From a virus: a stretch of DNA of 64,000 nucleotides. The DNA lies in IMG/VR virus record IMGVR_UViG_3300050821_008578, positions 14,262-78,261 of that record, one strand, 5' to 3'. A program made the translations under genes and the position numbers. The notes under the pieces were generated by a model that did not search any database, was not told where the DNA came from, and worked only from the letters and a program-made list of their open reading frames with translations. Every line of letters starts with the position of its first letter. The first letter of the stretch is position 1. Shown here one piece after another: positions 10,201 to 17,703 of the stretch.

Positions 10201-10943
10201 AACCAGCTACTACTTCTACTCCAGGATTATATACTCTAACTCAAAATCCTATAACTCAAGCTAGTACTTTAGTTTTTGTTGATTATTTACCTGTTCCCTC
10301 TACTGATTGGAATTTAATACAATCTAGTGGTAGTTCTAGTATCCAATTTACACCAGGTAATATACCAGCTACAGGTCAAAATGTATATGTATGGTATTTA
10401 TTAGATATTGGTGCTAGTACTGCTTTAGGTGGTGGTGTATTTAATCTTAAAAATGAAGGATCAGGAGTTCCAATATTTGATAAGCTACAATTTGGGGTAG
10501 CTTATATAAGATCTTTGGTTCAAGGTAGTGGGATAGAAATAAGTGCTGATTTATCTGGTAATATAACAATTACAGCTACAGGTGGTGGTGGGGGTAGTGG
10601 TCCTGTATCAAATGGATCATTTGCTTCTCCTATTGCTATTGATGCTTCAACTGGTATTGTTTTAAGTTCTACTGCTTTAGACCAAGTTTGGTGGGTTACT
10701 TCTGATGGTGGTTCTCCGGGAGCAGTGCAAGTTACTGCTAATCCACAAATATCTTCAACTGCTGGTTTATCTATTGGACAAAGATTAACTCTTTTTGGTG
10801 TTACTAATGGTTCTGGTGCATATATAAAATTATCTAATGGAAATGGTATATTATCAAATGGAGATTTCACATTACCAACTATGCAATGTCTTGTATATAT
10901 TTGGGATGGAACACAATTTAGTTTACAAAGTAATGAAATTTAA
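7278..10943 (+). CDS. Long baseplate-anchored tail fibre / receptor-binding protein
   Basis: N-terminal 'ILTNGG...I..EVYIY...ILFAI' is a fibre-collar-like anchor; contains 'HNTDPNAH' and repeated beta-sandwich modules; 1221 aa. Confidence 0.85.
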   Translation: MAFSGILTNGGLSAAQQAAMNNGFYISPTKFGVSNLAGTLDPTRTMANSGLWFTGLISSRVVIDQNTIEFICTIPPGSIPPNTTQTIQEVYIYIQNPLGPSHPDILFAIGETSASSIIVYNPTGSVTLDLQIAILNTNLVSEIVFKYTEATEIAAHNTDPNAHPDYLNALHIAAIFPIAGSVPFIYDGQSYDQFPQFDGTPATLIYNGITFTAQYNGPNGDSITLIFDGVMTVDQVCSAWNTSNPTNPVLNNSMTGTEVLPANTETLSGGTLNVDQHDAVYCDTDGIYKQALANGTIQAQVIGIADFTYNKVISQGFIAMTTGIAAGTNLYLSATNPGKITSEPTGVFLGLQVYSTPDTILLIKSGGSSGGTNSQFDAVVTNAPGTTNYTTTQLAINAVGSGANILIDKLDVLGSLLTTSGKQINFVFNGESTGWQRSVGLVEIQLITFGSTPASGTWRLEFGGSATTDMAYNLNAAGVQAALNAIPAISSAGGLTVTGNYSSGFTVTWNNPGPEALFTQLNTGTNEIQNVNFSSVPTTGAFRLQFFDSPTYETDYQNYLDNTAHLQSLCDAVLGAGNSLIGGSFGAGYYQIQYIGTNAKQPIVLVTVQENTLYNGATPVNTTVSEVQAGVRPANDLYNGSDDLVSISITEVQHGAVVGSSTAIQLSANYCTFNGLGYITGFTTGIDFNGTIGHQIAVAFDPTTTYPINPRGALPDIDYSTDGSVGFANFDNPEFRVTPHPTNPNRVIVNGATVSNIDGTVFSQLLNNQLLEFPTYQIDFVAGNIYASDGVTVISSFTPFGLTNNTYTYCGIIIESGTINADNTVVGNLTLINGGSAISPSAASKPTLSPGYPIGYVLLNGTGGGVSPLVQTDITLFNPGSNSTTTDNSTVYPILVQETPTGIINGTNTNFTLSQTPKTINSVLVFVDNVLLSNSQWFLTGTNLDLNTAPATGQNVYVYYISSNIYSNVTAYQEQPATTSTPGLYTLTQNPITQASTLVFVDYLPVPSTDWNLIQSSGSSSIQFTPGNIPATGQNVYVWYLLDIGASTALGGGVFNLKNEGSGVPIFDKLQFGVAYIRSLVQGSGIEISADLSGNITITATGGGGGSGPVSNGSFASPIAIDASTGIVLSSTALDQVWWVTSDGGSPGAVQVTANPQISSTAGLSIGQRLTLFGVTNGSGAYIKLSNGNGILSNGDFTLPTMQCLVYIWDGTQFSLQSNEI
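10125..10392 (+). repeat. 28 bp direct repeat (10125-10152 and 10365-10392) encoding PATGQNVYV; 19 bp of the first copy's context recurs at 12572-12590
   Basis: ccagctacaggtcaaaatgtatatgtat occurs twice, 240 bp apart. Confidence 0.9.
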
Positions 10944-10948
10944 AAATA

Positions 10949-10964
10949 TTTAAACAATTATATT
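10949..10964 (+). promoter_or_regulatory. Candidate late promoter TTTAAACAATTATATT
   Basis: The identical 16-mer is also at 63376-63391; both copies are intergenic and upstream of + strand units. Confidence 0.45.
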
Positions 10965-10988
10965 TAGATATAACAAAATGGAGAAAAA

Positions 10989-12137
10989 ATGAAAAATAAA
11001 CTATTAATTCTGAGTATGTTATTACTTTCAGTAATAACATTTGCTGCTACCCCTACAGATAAACAAATTGATACTATTCAAAATTCCACTGGTGGTTCAA
11101 TATTATCAGTACCAGGTACTGGTACAACATTAGTTACTGATACTAATTCAGTAACTCTTACTAATAAAACTATTAGTGGGTCTGCAAATACTCTTAGTAA
11201 TATTTCTACATCATCTTTAGCATCTGGATTTACTTTGAGTGTTGGACAAGGTGGTACAGGGGGTATTACTTTAACTCAAAATGGTGTGTTATTCGGTAAT
11301 GGTACTTCTGCTGTTGGAATCACTGCTGCAGGGTCACAATATCAGGTATTTCAAGCTGGTGCATCTGGCACACCAACAATTGGTGCTTTACAATTGAATC
11401 AATCTGCTGCTGTAAGTGGGTCACTTGCTGTTGCTAATGGTGGTACTGGAACAACTACTTTAACAGCAAATAATGTAATATTAGGTAGTGGTTCTTCAGC
11501 AGTAACATTTGCAGCACCAACTCAATATTATTCATTGATCGGTAATGCTTCTGGAAATCCAAGTTTTCAACAAGTTTCTTTAACTCAAGGCGTTGTAAAT
11601 ACTCTTCCAGTAAGTAATGGTGGTTTGGGTGCAGCTACTGAAACTCAATATGGATTGCTAATGGGTAATGGTACTAGTGCAATTACTACTGTTGGACCAA
11701 ATTCTAACAGTGGGTATGTATTAACTTCTACTGGTGCAACTTCAGCCCCTACTTTTCAAGCATTACCTTCTTCTTCTCCTTCTGTTAATAATAGTGCTGC
11801 TTCACCACAAAGTGTTACTGCTGCAGGTGGTATTACTTTAAGTACACCTACTTATCTTAATTTAGTATTTATTAAAGGTAGTGCTTCAGGAAATCAAATG
11901 GTAACTGCTACTCCTTCTATTACAGCTTGTACTCTTGCAGGTCAAACATTAACTATTATTTCTGAAGATGCTACACATACTATTACTCTTCAAAATAACG
12001 CTGACCTACCTGGTTCTCAATTATTGCTTAATGGTCCTTGGACTTCAGGAGAAAACAATTCTTCTCCTAACGTTATTAATTTGATATGTGATGGAGCAGC
12101 TACACCTGAATGGGTTGAATACTCCAGAAATAATTGA
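10989..12137 (+). CDS. Fibre-like protein with N-terminal signal peptide
   Basis: MKNK + hydrophobic core + TFA|A. Contains 'TLTNKTI' and repeated 'V.(Q/N)GG(T/L)G' fibre motifs. Confidence 0.75.
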   Translation: MKNKLLILSMLLLSVITFAATPTDKQIDTIQNSTGGSILSVPGTGTTLVTDTNSVTLTNKTISGSANTLSNISTSSLASGFTLSVGQGGTGGITLTQNGVLFGNGTSAVGITAAGSQYQVFQAGASGTPTIGALQLNQSAAVSGSLAVANGGTGTTTLTANNVILGSGSSAVTFAAPTQYYSLIGNASGNPSFQQVSLTQGVVNTLPVSNGGLGAATETQYGLLMGNGTSAITTVGPNSNSGYVLTSTGATSAPTFQALPSSSPSVNNSAASPQSVTAAGGITLSTPTYLNLVFIKGSASGNQMVTATPSITACTLAGQTLTIISEDATHTITLQNNADLPGSQLLLNGPWTSGENNSSPNVINLICDGAATPEWVEYSRNN

Positions 12138-12188
12138 TATTATATCTAATTACCTTATCACTTCATAAGATAATTTAAGGAAAAATTA

Positions 12189-12620
12189 ATGAAATTATTT
12201 CTATTAATTATATTTTGGTCAGCATTAGCTTACTCTACTACCCCTGTATCAAAAACAATTGATAATCTTAAAACTACAGGTGGTAGTACCCTAGCTTTAC
12301 CATCTACAGGTACTAATTTAGCCACTGATACTAATACTCTTACTTTTACGGGTAAGACTATCAGTGGTTCTAATAATACATTAAGTCAATTACCTGTTGA
12401 ATCTCAAATGCAACAGGATATATTTTATGGTAATAGTACAACAACTTCATTTACATTATCGTTTTCCCAAGTATCAGTATCTGGGTTATTATGTTATTTA
12501 GATGGTATGGCTTTAGTTCAAGGATCAAGTAATGATTATACTGCATCTGGTACAACATTATCACTAAATGTAGCCCCAGCTACAGGTCAACGTATTTTAT
12601 GTATTTATTCAAAATATTAA
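12189..12620 (+). CDS. Small fibre-associated protein with signal peptide
   Basis: MKLFLLIIFWSALAYS. The N-domain is paralogous to ORF 10989 and the C-domain to the repeats in ORF 7278. Confidence 0.7.
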   Translation: MKLFLLIIFWSALAYSTTPVSKTIDNLKTTGGSTLALPSTGTNLATDTNTLTFTGKTISGSNNTLSQLPVESQMQQDIFYGNSTTTSFTLSFSQVSVSGLLCYLDGMALVQGSSNDYTASGTTLSLNVAPATGQRILCIYSKY

Positions 12621-12639
12621 GGAGTTAGTTATAATTAGT

Positions 12640-13374
12640 ATGAGTAAAAATAAACATACTTGTCTAATATGTAAACAAGTAATAAATAATAGTTGGTTAA
12701 TAAGACATGTAAAGAAATATCATAATATTTCTGAACAAAAATATTATGATTTAGTATTTCCTAATGAAATAAACAAAAATTGTAAATTTTGTAATAAAAA
12801 ATCTAATTTATTTATTAGTTATAAACTTGGGTATAAATCATTTTGTAATACAATTTGTTTAGGTAAAAATTTTAATAAAAGAACCCATGAATTATATCCT
12901 GATCTTATGATAAAAATTGGTAAAAAATTAGGTTATGGTTTAGGAAATGATCCTAAAAGAATAAAAATGTTACATGATAGAAATTTAGAATTACATCCTA
13001 ATCATCTTAGTGATATGGGCAAAATTGGTATATTAAAAAGTTGGAATAATCCTAATTTTGGTTATACTAAAAATAAATCCTGTTATTATAAAGAAATAAG
13101 AATGAGATCATCATGGGAAAAGAAATTTGCAGAATTATGTGACGAAAATAATATCAAATTTGAATACGAACCGAAATGGTTCAAATTGTGGACTGGTAGA
13201 AGATATTTACCTGATTTCTATTTACCAGAAAAAGATTTATGGATTGAAATAAGACCTAAATGCTATCAAAATCAAGAACTACACATGCGTGGAGTAGAAC
13301 TTGGTATTAATTTTAAAGTATTAGATAAAAAACAGTTTGGTGACTTTTTCAAAGAAAAAGAAGGTGTGAAATGA
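12640..13374 (+). CDS. Free-standing PD-(D/E)XK endonuclease with Zn finger (homing endonuclease-like)
   Basis: CxxC...HxxxxH, plus 'RSSWEKKFA', 'YEPKWF' and 'YLPDFYLP...WIEIR'. Lys-rich and inserted among fibre genes. Confidence 0.8.
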   Translation: MSKNKHTCLICKQVINNSWLIRHVKKYHNISEQKYYDLVFPNEINKNCKFCNKKSNLFISYKLGYKSFCNTICLGKNFNKRTHELYPDLMIKIGKKLGYGLGNDPKRIKMLHDRNLELHPNHLSDMGKIGILKSWNNPNFGYTKNKSCYYKEIRMRSSWEKKFAELCDENNIKFEYEPKWFKLWTGRRYLPDFYLPEKDLWIEIRPKCYQNQELHMRGVELGINFKVLDKKQFGDFFKEKEGVK

Positions 13375-14675
13375 ATAAGTTATTAACATTAATATTAATT
13401 CCATTATTTTTTACTAATAATGCATTTTCAAAAATTCAGAACGAGGATGTGAAATCTATTTCTGATATAGAATCTTCAGTACTTAGTACTACAGGTAATG
13501 TATCTAGTTCTTCAACTCCTACTTGTATTACTTCTCTTAGTTCTACTGCAAATGTAGCTGCAGGCCAATTTGTGTATGACACTACACATTCTTATATACC
13601 AGCTAGTACTACAGTTTTAGGTATTGGGACTGGGCCTTGTAGTGCTGGTCAAGTTCAGATGAGTGCTAGTTCTACTGGAACTGCCACTGGTGATACAATT
13701 ACTTTTGGTGGACAACAATCACAATCAATTAATACATCAAAAATATATGATGTTACTTATACAGGTCAATTATCTACATTAATTTCAAATTCTGGTCTTG
13801 GTGCATTAGCAACAGCTGCTAGTGGTTCAGCAATGACTTCTAATGGATCTGGTACAGCAACATGGCAACCAGTTTTATCAAATCCTATGACTGCTGGTGG
13901 TCAAATGATTGGTGGGGGGACATCAGGGGTTGCAACAACAATTGCTGCTGGTACTAGTGGTCAAGTAATAATGAGTAATGGATCATCAGTATCTTCTTTT
14001 AATACAGTACCTGGTAATTCAACTATTTTAAAATTTCCAGCAATCACTACTTATATTACTAGTGGAGGAGCATCAGGTACATATACTGTACCAACTAGCC
14101 CCAGCCCACTTTATATTATTGTTGAAATGGTTGGTCCTGGTTCTGGTGGGTCGGGGAGTGGTGCATCAGGGACAGCAAGTCAAGCAGGTAATCAATCAAC
14201 TATTTTTGGAATAAATCATAGTAATTTACTTGTAGCTACTAGTGGTGCAGCTACAGCAAATGAATTTAATTCAGGTGCTGGTGGTACTACAACTGTAAAT
14301 TCTCCAGCTGTTCAAATATCAGTTTCTGTTGGAGGACAAGGATCAGCAGGAACAGATTCTTCTGGAACACCACAAACTCTTGGTGGTGCTGGTGGAGCAA
14401 CACCATTTGGTGCTGGTGGGGGTGGTGGTACAGGGTTAACTGGGGCTTTAACAGGTGTGGCTAATTCAGGTGCTGGTGGAGGTGGAGCCGGTGCTGCTGG
14501 GCCATCTGGTGCTGGTGGTTCAGGTGGAGGGTATTTAAAAGCTATGATTACTCAAACAAATTTACAAACAACATATACATGGCAATTAGGAAGTGGTGGG
14601 GCAGGTGGTACAGGTACACTAACTGGTGGTAGTGGATCTGATGGTAAAATTATTATAACTGCTTATTATCAATAA
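13371..14675 (+). CDS. Gly-rich fibre-like protein with signal peptide
   Basis: MNKLLTLILIPLFFTNNAFS; C-terminal Gly-rich domain 'GTYTVP...GGSGSDGKIII'. Confidence 0.75.
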   Translation: MNKLLTLILIPLFFTNNAFSKIQNEDVKSISDIESSVLSTTGNVSSSSTPTCITSLSSTANVAAGQFVYDTTHSYIPASTTVLGIGTGPCSAGQVQMSASSTGTATGDTITFGGQQSQSINTSKIYDVTYTGQLSTLISNSGLGALATAASGSAMTSNGSGTATWQPVLSNPMTAGGQMIGGGTSGVATTIAAGTSGQVIMSNGSSVSSFNTVPGNSTILKFPAITTYITSGGASGTYTVPTSPSPLYIIVEMVGPGSGGSGSGASGTASQAGNQSTIFGINHSNLLVATSGAATANEFNSGAGGTTTVNSPAVQISVSVGGQGSAGTDSSGTPQTLGGAGGATPFGAGGGGGTGLTGALTGVANSGAGGGGAGAAGPSGAGGSGGGYLKAMITQTNLQTTYTWQLGSGGAGGTGTLTGGSGSDGKIIITAYYQ

Positions 14676-14705
14676 ATAATAATTAAAAATATCCTAGGAG
14701 GGTAT

Positions 14706-15266
14706 ATGAAAAAGTTAGTTAATTTTATGATTGCATCAATGATTTTATTTAGTCCTATTTTACTACTTGCACAAACACCTGCACCCACAGTTCCACCTGT
14801 AGTAAATCAAGTTCAAACTACAGTAGGTGGTGCAACTGTCACTGCTGATGCATTTTTTGCTAATATTGCTGCTGCTATGCCTGGATTTTCTGCATTAAAT
14901 ACTTGGTTTAAAATTGCTCTAGTTCTACTTCTTTTAGATTGTTCATTAAAAGTATCTTTTTTAACTCCATTATGGAATAAACTTGGTACTAAATTTGATA
15001 GCTTGGCTCCAGTAGTATTTTCACTGTTGGCAGGTTTATGTCTGATGGCAGGAACAAATGGTCTTTCATTGAAAGGCGTTCTATCATATCTTTCAGTAGG
15101 TGTTGGTGCATCAGGTTTAGCAGCAATTATAACTGATTTAAGTGGTTCTATTAAAAATCCAACTGTTTTATCATTTTTAAATTTCCTTAAAGGAATTCTT
15201 GGTGGTAATACACCTACCCCACCTGTACCTCCAACTCCTCCTACTACACCACCTGCAGCTAGCTAA
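14706..15266 (+). CDS. Membrane protein (holin-like or lysis-associated)
   Basis: Signal-like N-terminus, about three hydrophobic segments and a Pro-rich tail. Confidence 0.5.
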   Translation: MKKLVNFMIASMILFSPILLLAQTPAPTVPPVVNQVQTTVGGATVTADAFFANIAAAMPGFSALNTWFKIALVLLLLDCSLKVSFLTPLWNKLGTKFDSLAPVVFSLLAGLCLMAGTNGLSLKGVLSYLSVGVGASGLAAIITDLSGSIKNPTVLSFLNFLKGILGGNTPTPPVPPTPPTTPPAAS

Positions 15267-15709
15267 TGTTCATAATAGCTATTGCTACTAAATCAAGCAT
15301 TAAATTAAGGAGTTCATCAGATCCTGGTGTAACCCCAATTCCAATTATTGATCCTACTACTAATGTAATTAATAATATAATTCAAAAATCCATATTTAAT
15401 GTTGCAATTAATGCTATTTATACTAGTATGTGTATTGCATCTCCATGGTTAAAATATCCAATTATCAATTCTATATTTAAATATATATTAGGTTATTTTG
15501 GAAATTATCTATATATATTTTTAGCTCAAGATGCTGTAATAACTACTATTAATGTTCAAACAGAACAACAACTAGCTGCATATAGTGCAGCTTCATCTGA
15601 ATTAGCTGTAGCAATTCAAAGTGGTGGTGATACTACTATTGCTCAGACTAAATTTCAACAAGCTCTTACTGGAATAGTACAATTTGATGGAATTACCAAT
15701 ATAAAATAG
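15266..15709 (+). CDS. Hypothetical protein, possible spanin inner component
   Basis: Hydrophobic centre and helical C-terminus; sits directly before a lipoprotein gene. Confidence 0.35.
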   Translation: MFIIAIATKSSIKLRSSSDPGVTPIPIIDPTTNVINNIIQKSIFNVAINAIYTSMCIASPWLKYPIINSIFKYILGYFGNYLYIFLAQDAVITTINVQTEQQLAAYSAASSELAVAIQSGGDTTIAQTKFQQALTGIVQFDGITNIK

Positions 15710-15721
15710 TTTAGGATAAAA

Positions 15722-16063
15722 ATGAAATTAATGTTATTAACTTCTATTCTATTTTTAAGTGGTTGTAATACTATTCAGTATCGTGATTCTGTATGGTGTT
15801 CTTCTCCAGACCTTTCTAAAGGTGGAATTTGTGTCCATTTTCTCACTACAGCAACTGAGAATATGGATTCTAATCAATATATTACATGGTTAGTTGGTTC
15901 AGGAGATAAAGAAGGACCAAAGATTTGTACTACTGCATCTACTTTGGCTGATTGGAAGGGTAATTTAGAAAAAGAATGTTCTGAACATTCTAATTGTAAT
16001 TTTAATTCTAAAATAATTGATGCTATTGATTCAACATTGACATTAACTAATCAAAGTAAATAA
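15722..16063 (+). CDS. Lipoprotein (o-spanin-like)
   Basis: Lipobox LSGC; Cys-rich. Confidence 0.6.
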   Translation: MKLMLLTSILFLSGCNTIQYRDSVWCSSPDLSKGGICVHFLTTATENMDSNQYITWLVGSGDKEGPKICTTASTLADWKGNLEKECSEHSNCNFNSKIIDAIDSTLTLTNQSK

Positions 16064-16065
16064 AG

Positions 16066-16344
16066 GTGTTTCTTATGCCAGAAATAGTAACTGAATTACC
16101 CGGAGAGGCTATGATAATTGGGATTGCTATTGTAATTATATTGATGTTACTTGCAATGAATATCTTTTTTATTCGAAGATTGGTAACAAAATTAGAAGAT
16201 GTCCCATTACTATCTCAAAGAGTAGGAGCTATGGAAACTACTATTAGGAATTTAACTAATGATTTAAAAGATATAGGTGATTTAAGAGAAAAAGTAGCAG
16301 TTTTGAATTATGCTTTAGAAGAACTTAAAAAGAAGAAAGATTAA
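16066..16344 (+). CDS. Single-TM coiled-coil protein (holin-like)
   Basis: One transmembrane helix followed by a heptad-rich C-terminus. Confidence 0.5.
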   Translation: MFLMPEIVTELPGEAMIIGIAIVIILMLLAMNIFFIRRLVTKLEDVPLLSQRVGAMETTIRNLTNDLKDIGDLREKVAVLNYALEELKKKKD

Positions 16345-17106
16345 CTCTTTTTCTTTCTTGCTTCATGCCACTGTTCCCATTCAGAAATATTTTTACCATT
16401 AATTCTTAAATTATCCTTATATTTTAAGAATGTCTGTTCTGCTTCTTCAGGTGAAGAGAATCTAAAATTTGATTTTTGATAGAATTCATTAGATCTAGAA
16501 CTAGACATTGATTCATATTCCCATATTCCATCTTTGGAAAGATTCATAGAATTATATTTTACCACCCAGCTATTTTCTGCTCTATATTCTACAAAAATAC
16601 CAAATTTTTCAATTAATTCATATTTAATAATTTTCATATAATTTCCTTATATGGTCTTATCTTATTACACTTAGTACACATTTCATCTATTTGATTTAAA
16701 CCAATATATTTTACCCAATTATGATTACATAATGTATCTTCACTAAGAATAATTTCATTACAAATATTGTAAGATTTTATTTTTATTTTATTAATTTTAA
16801 TTGATTCTTCATAAATTCTTTCTTTTAATTCATTATTTGTCATATATTATCCTTTTGTGGTAAATATCTTTTTATTTGTGAATACCATATATTTAATGAA
16901 TTTGGCATTGGTCTATCATTATTAATTTTTTCAATAGTATCATTAATAAAAGTATTCATAATATATATTTCTTCATTAGAAATTTTAATTATCAAATCTG
17001 GTGGTTCACAAGCATGATTAAAACTATTTATGATACCTTCTGTACCAATATTATGGTTACCATAAGATTTCTTTAATTTTACTTTATCACCTATTTTAAA
17101 ATCCAC
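16341..17106 (-). CDS. Three small hypothetical genes (16341-16637, 16634-16843, 16840-17106)
   Basis: Linked by ATGA overlaps; the third has a KOW/SH3-like 'FKIGDKV' start. Confidence 0.6.
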
Positions 17107-17126
17107 TTATTTCTCCATTATAAAAA

Positions 17127-17325
17127 ATGTCGTCCACAAAAGTTATTGCTTTTAAACGACTCTAGCAGATATCTCCACTAGCCTATCCGACTTTAGTATA
17201 ATCCCCTGTGGCCAACTGTCGGGTAGCTCTCCACAGTTCGAGTTAATGAAGTTGCAACTTCATTAACTAATCTTTTCACAACTAAAACATCCATGTCTTA
17301 GGATTTGATCTCAGTCGTCAGACAT
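17127..17325 (-). ncRNA. Candidate ~200 nt structured RNA with pseudoknot
   Basis: GC-enriched intergenic block with a 28 bp perfect palindrome (17241-17268), several stems, crossing helices and a T-run at the 3' end on the minus strand. Confidence 0.6.
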
Positions 17326-17332
17326 CGATCTA

Positions 17333-17590
17333 TTAAGATACTTTAGTGGTAAAATCAATACATTGTTGATCAATATTAAGAATACAATACCCAAAAACAT
17401 CAAGAAGTGAATATATTTTAAGAGCTGAAAAATTAAGATTAAAGCCTAATACTTTATCTAGATAATAATCTAGAGAATCTAGATTAAGAATATCTAATTT
17501 ATTATCAACAGTTTCAACAATATAATAAAATCCTTTATCAGAATTTTTATTTGGAATTGCTTTGATCAAAATTTTACCCTCTTTAACCAT
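17333..17590 (-). CDS. Hypothetical protein
   Basis: Strong SD (AGGAGG); lies downstream of the conserved promoter. Confidence 0.7.
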   Translation of the reverse strand: MVKEGKILIKAIPNKNSDKGFYYIVETVDNKLDILNLDSLDYYLDKVLGFNLNFSALKIYSLLDVFGYCILNIDQQCIDFTTKVS

Positions 17591-17636
17591 ATGTCCTCCT
17601 TAGTTTTAAAATAAAAGCCAATCAGCTTACATTTAA

Positions 17637-17672
17637 CTTATCGGAACATTTTTCTAAAACAAAAGGGTTTTA
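17637..17672 (-). promoter_or_regulatory. Conserved phage promoter, copy 1 of 9
   Basis: Minus strand reads TAAAACCCTTTTGTTTTAGAAAAATGTTCCGATAAG. Confidence 0.85.
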
Positions 17673-17703
17673 TGAAAAATAAATTTCTTTTTTGAAAAAT
17701 AGT

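Noticed and set aside
1557-10870. Antisense ORFs 1557-1838, 4953-5219, 10520-10870 and the short + strand ORFs inside the minus-strand block
   Set aside because: They are shadows of well-supported genes on the opposite strand, with no motifs of their own.
10125-12590. Diversity-generating retroelement TR/VR pair
   Set aside because: The repeats are short and exact, with no adenine-specific mismatches and no reverse transcriptase in the window.
17270-17322. Hammerhead ribozyme (CTGACGA...GAAA on the minus strand)
   Set aside because: GAAA does not directly follow a stem II closing after CUGANGA, and no convincing stem III with a cleavage triplet was found.
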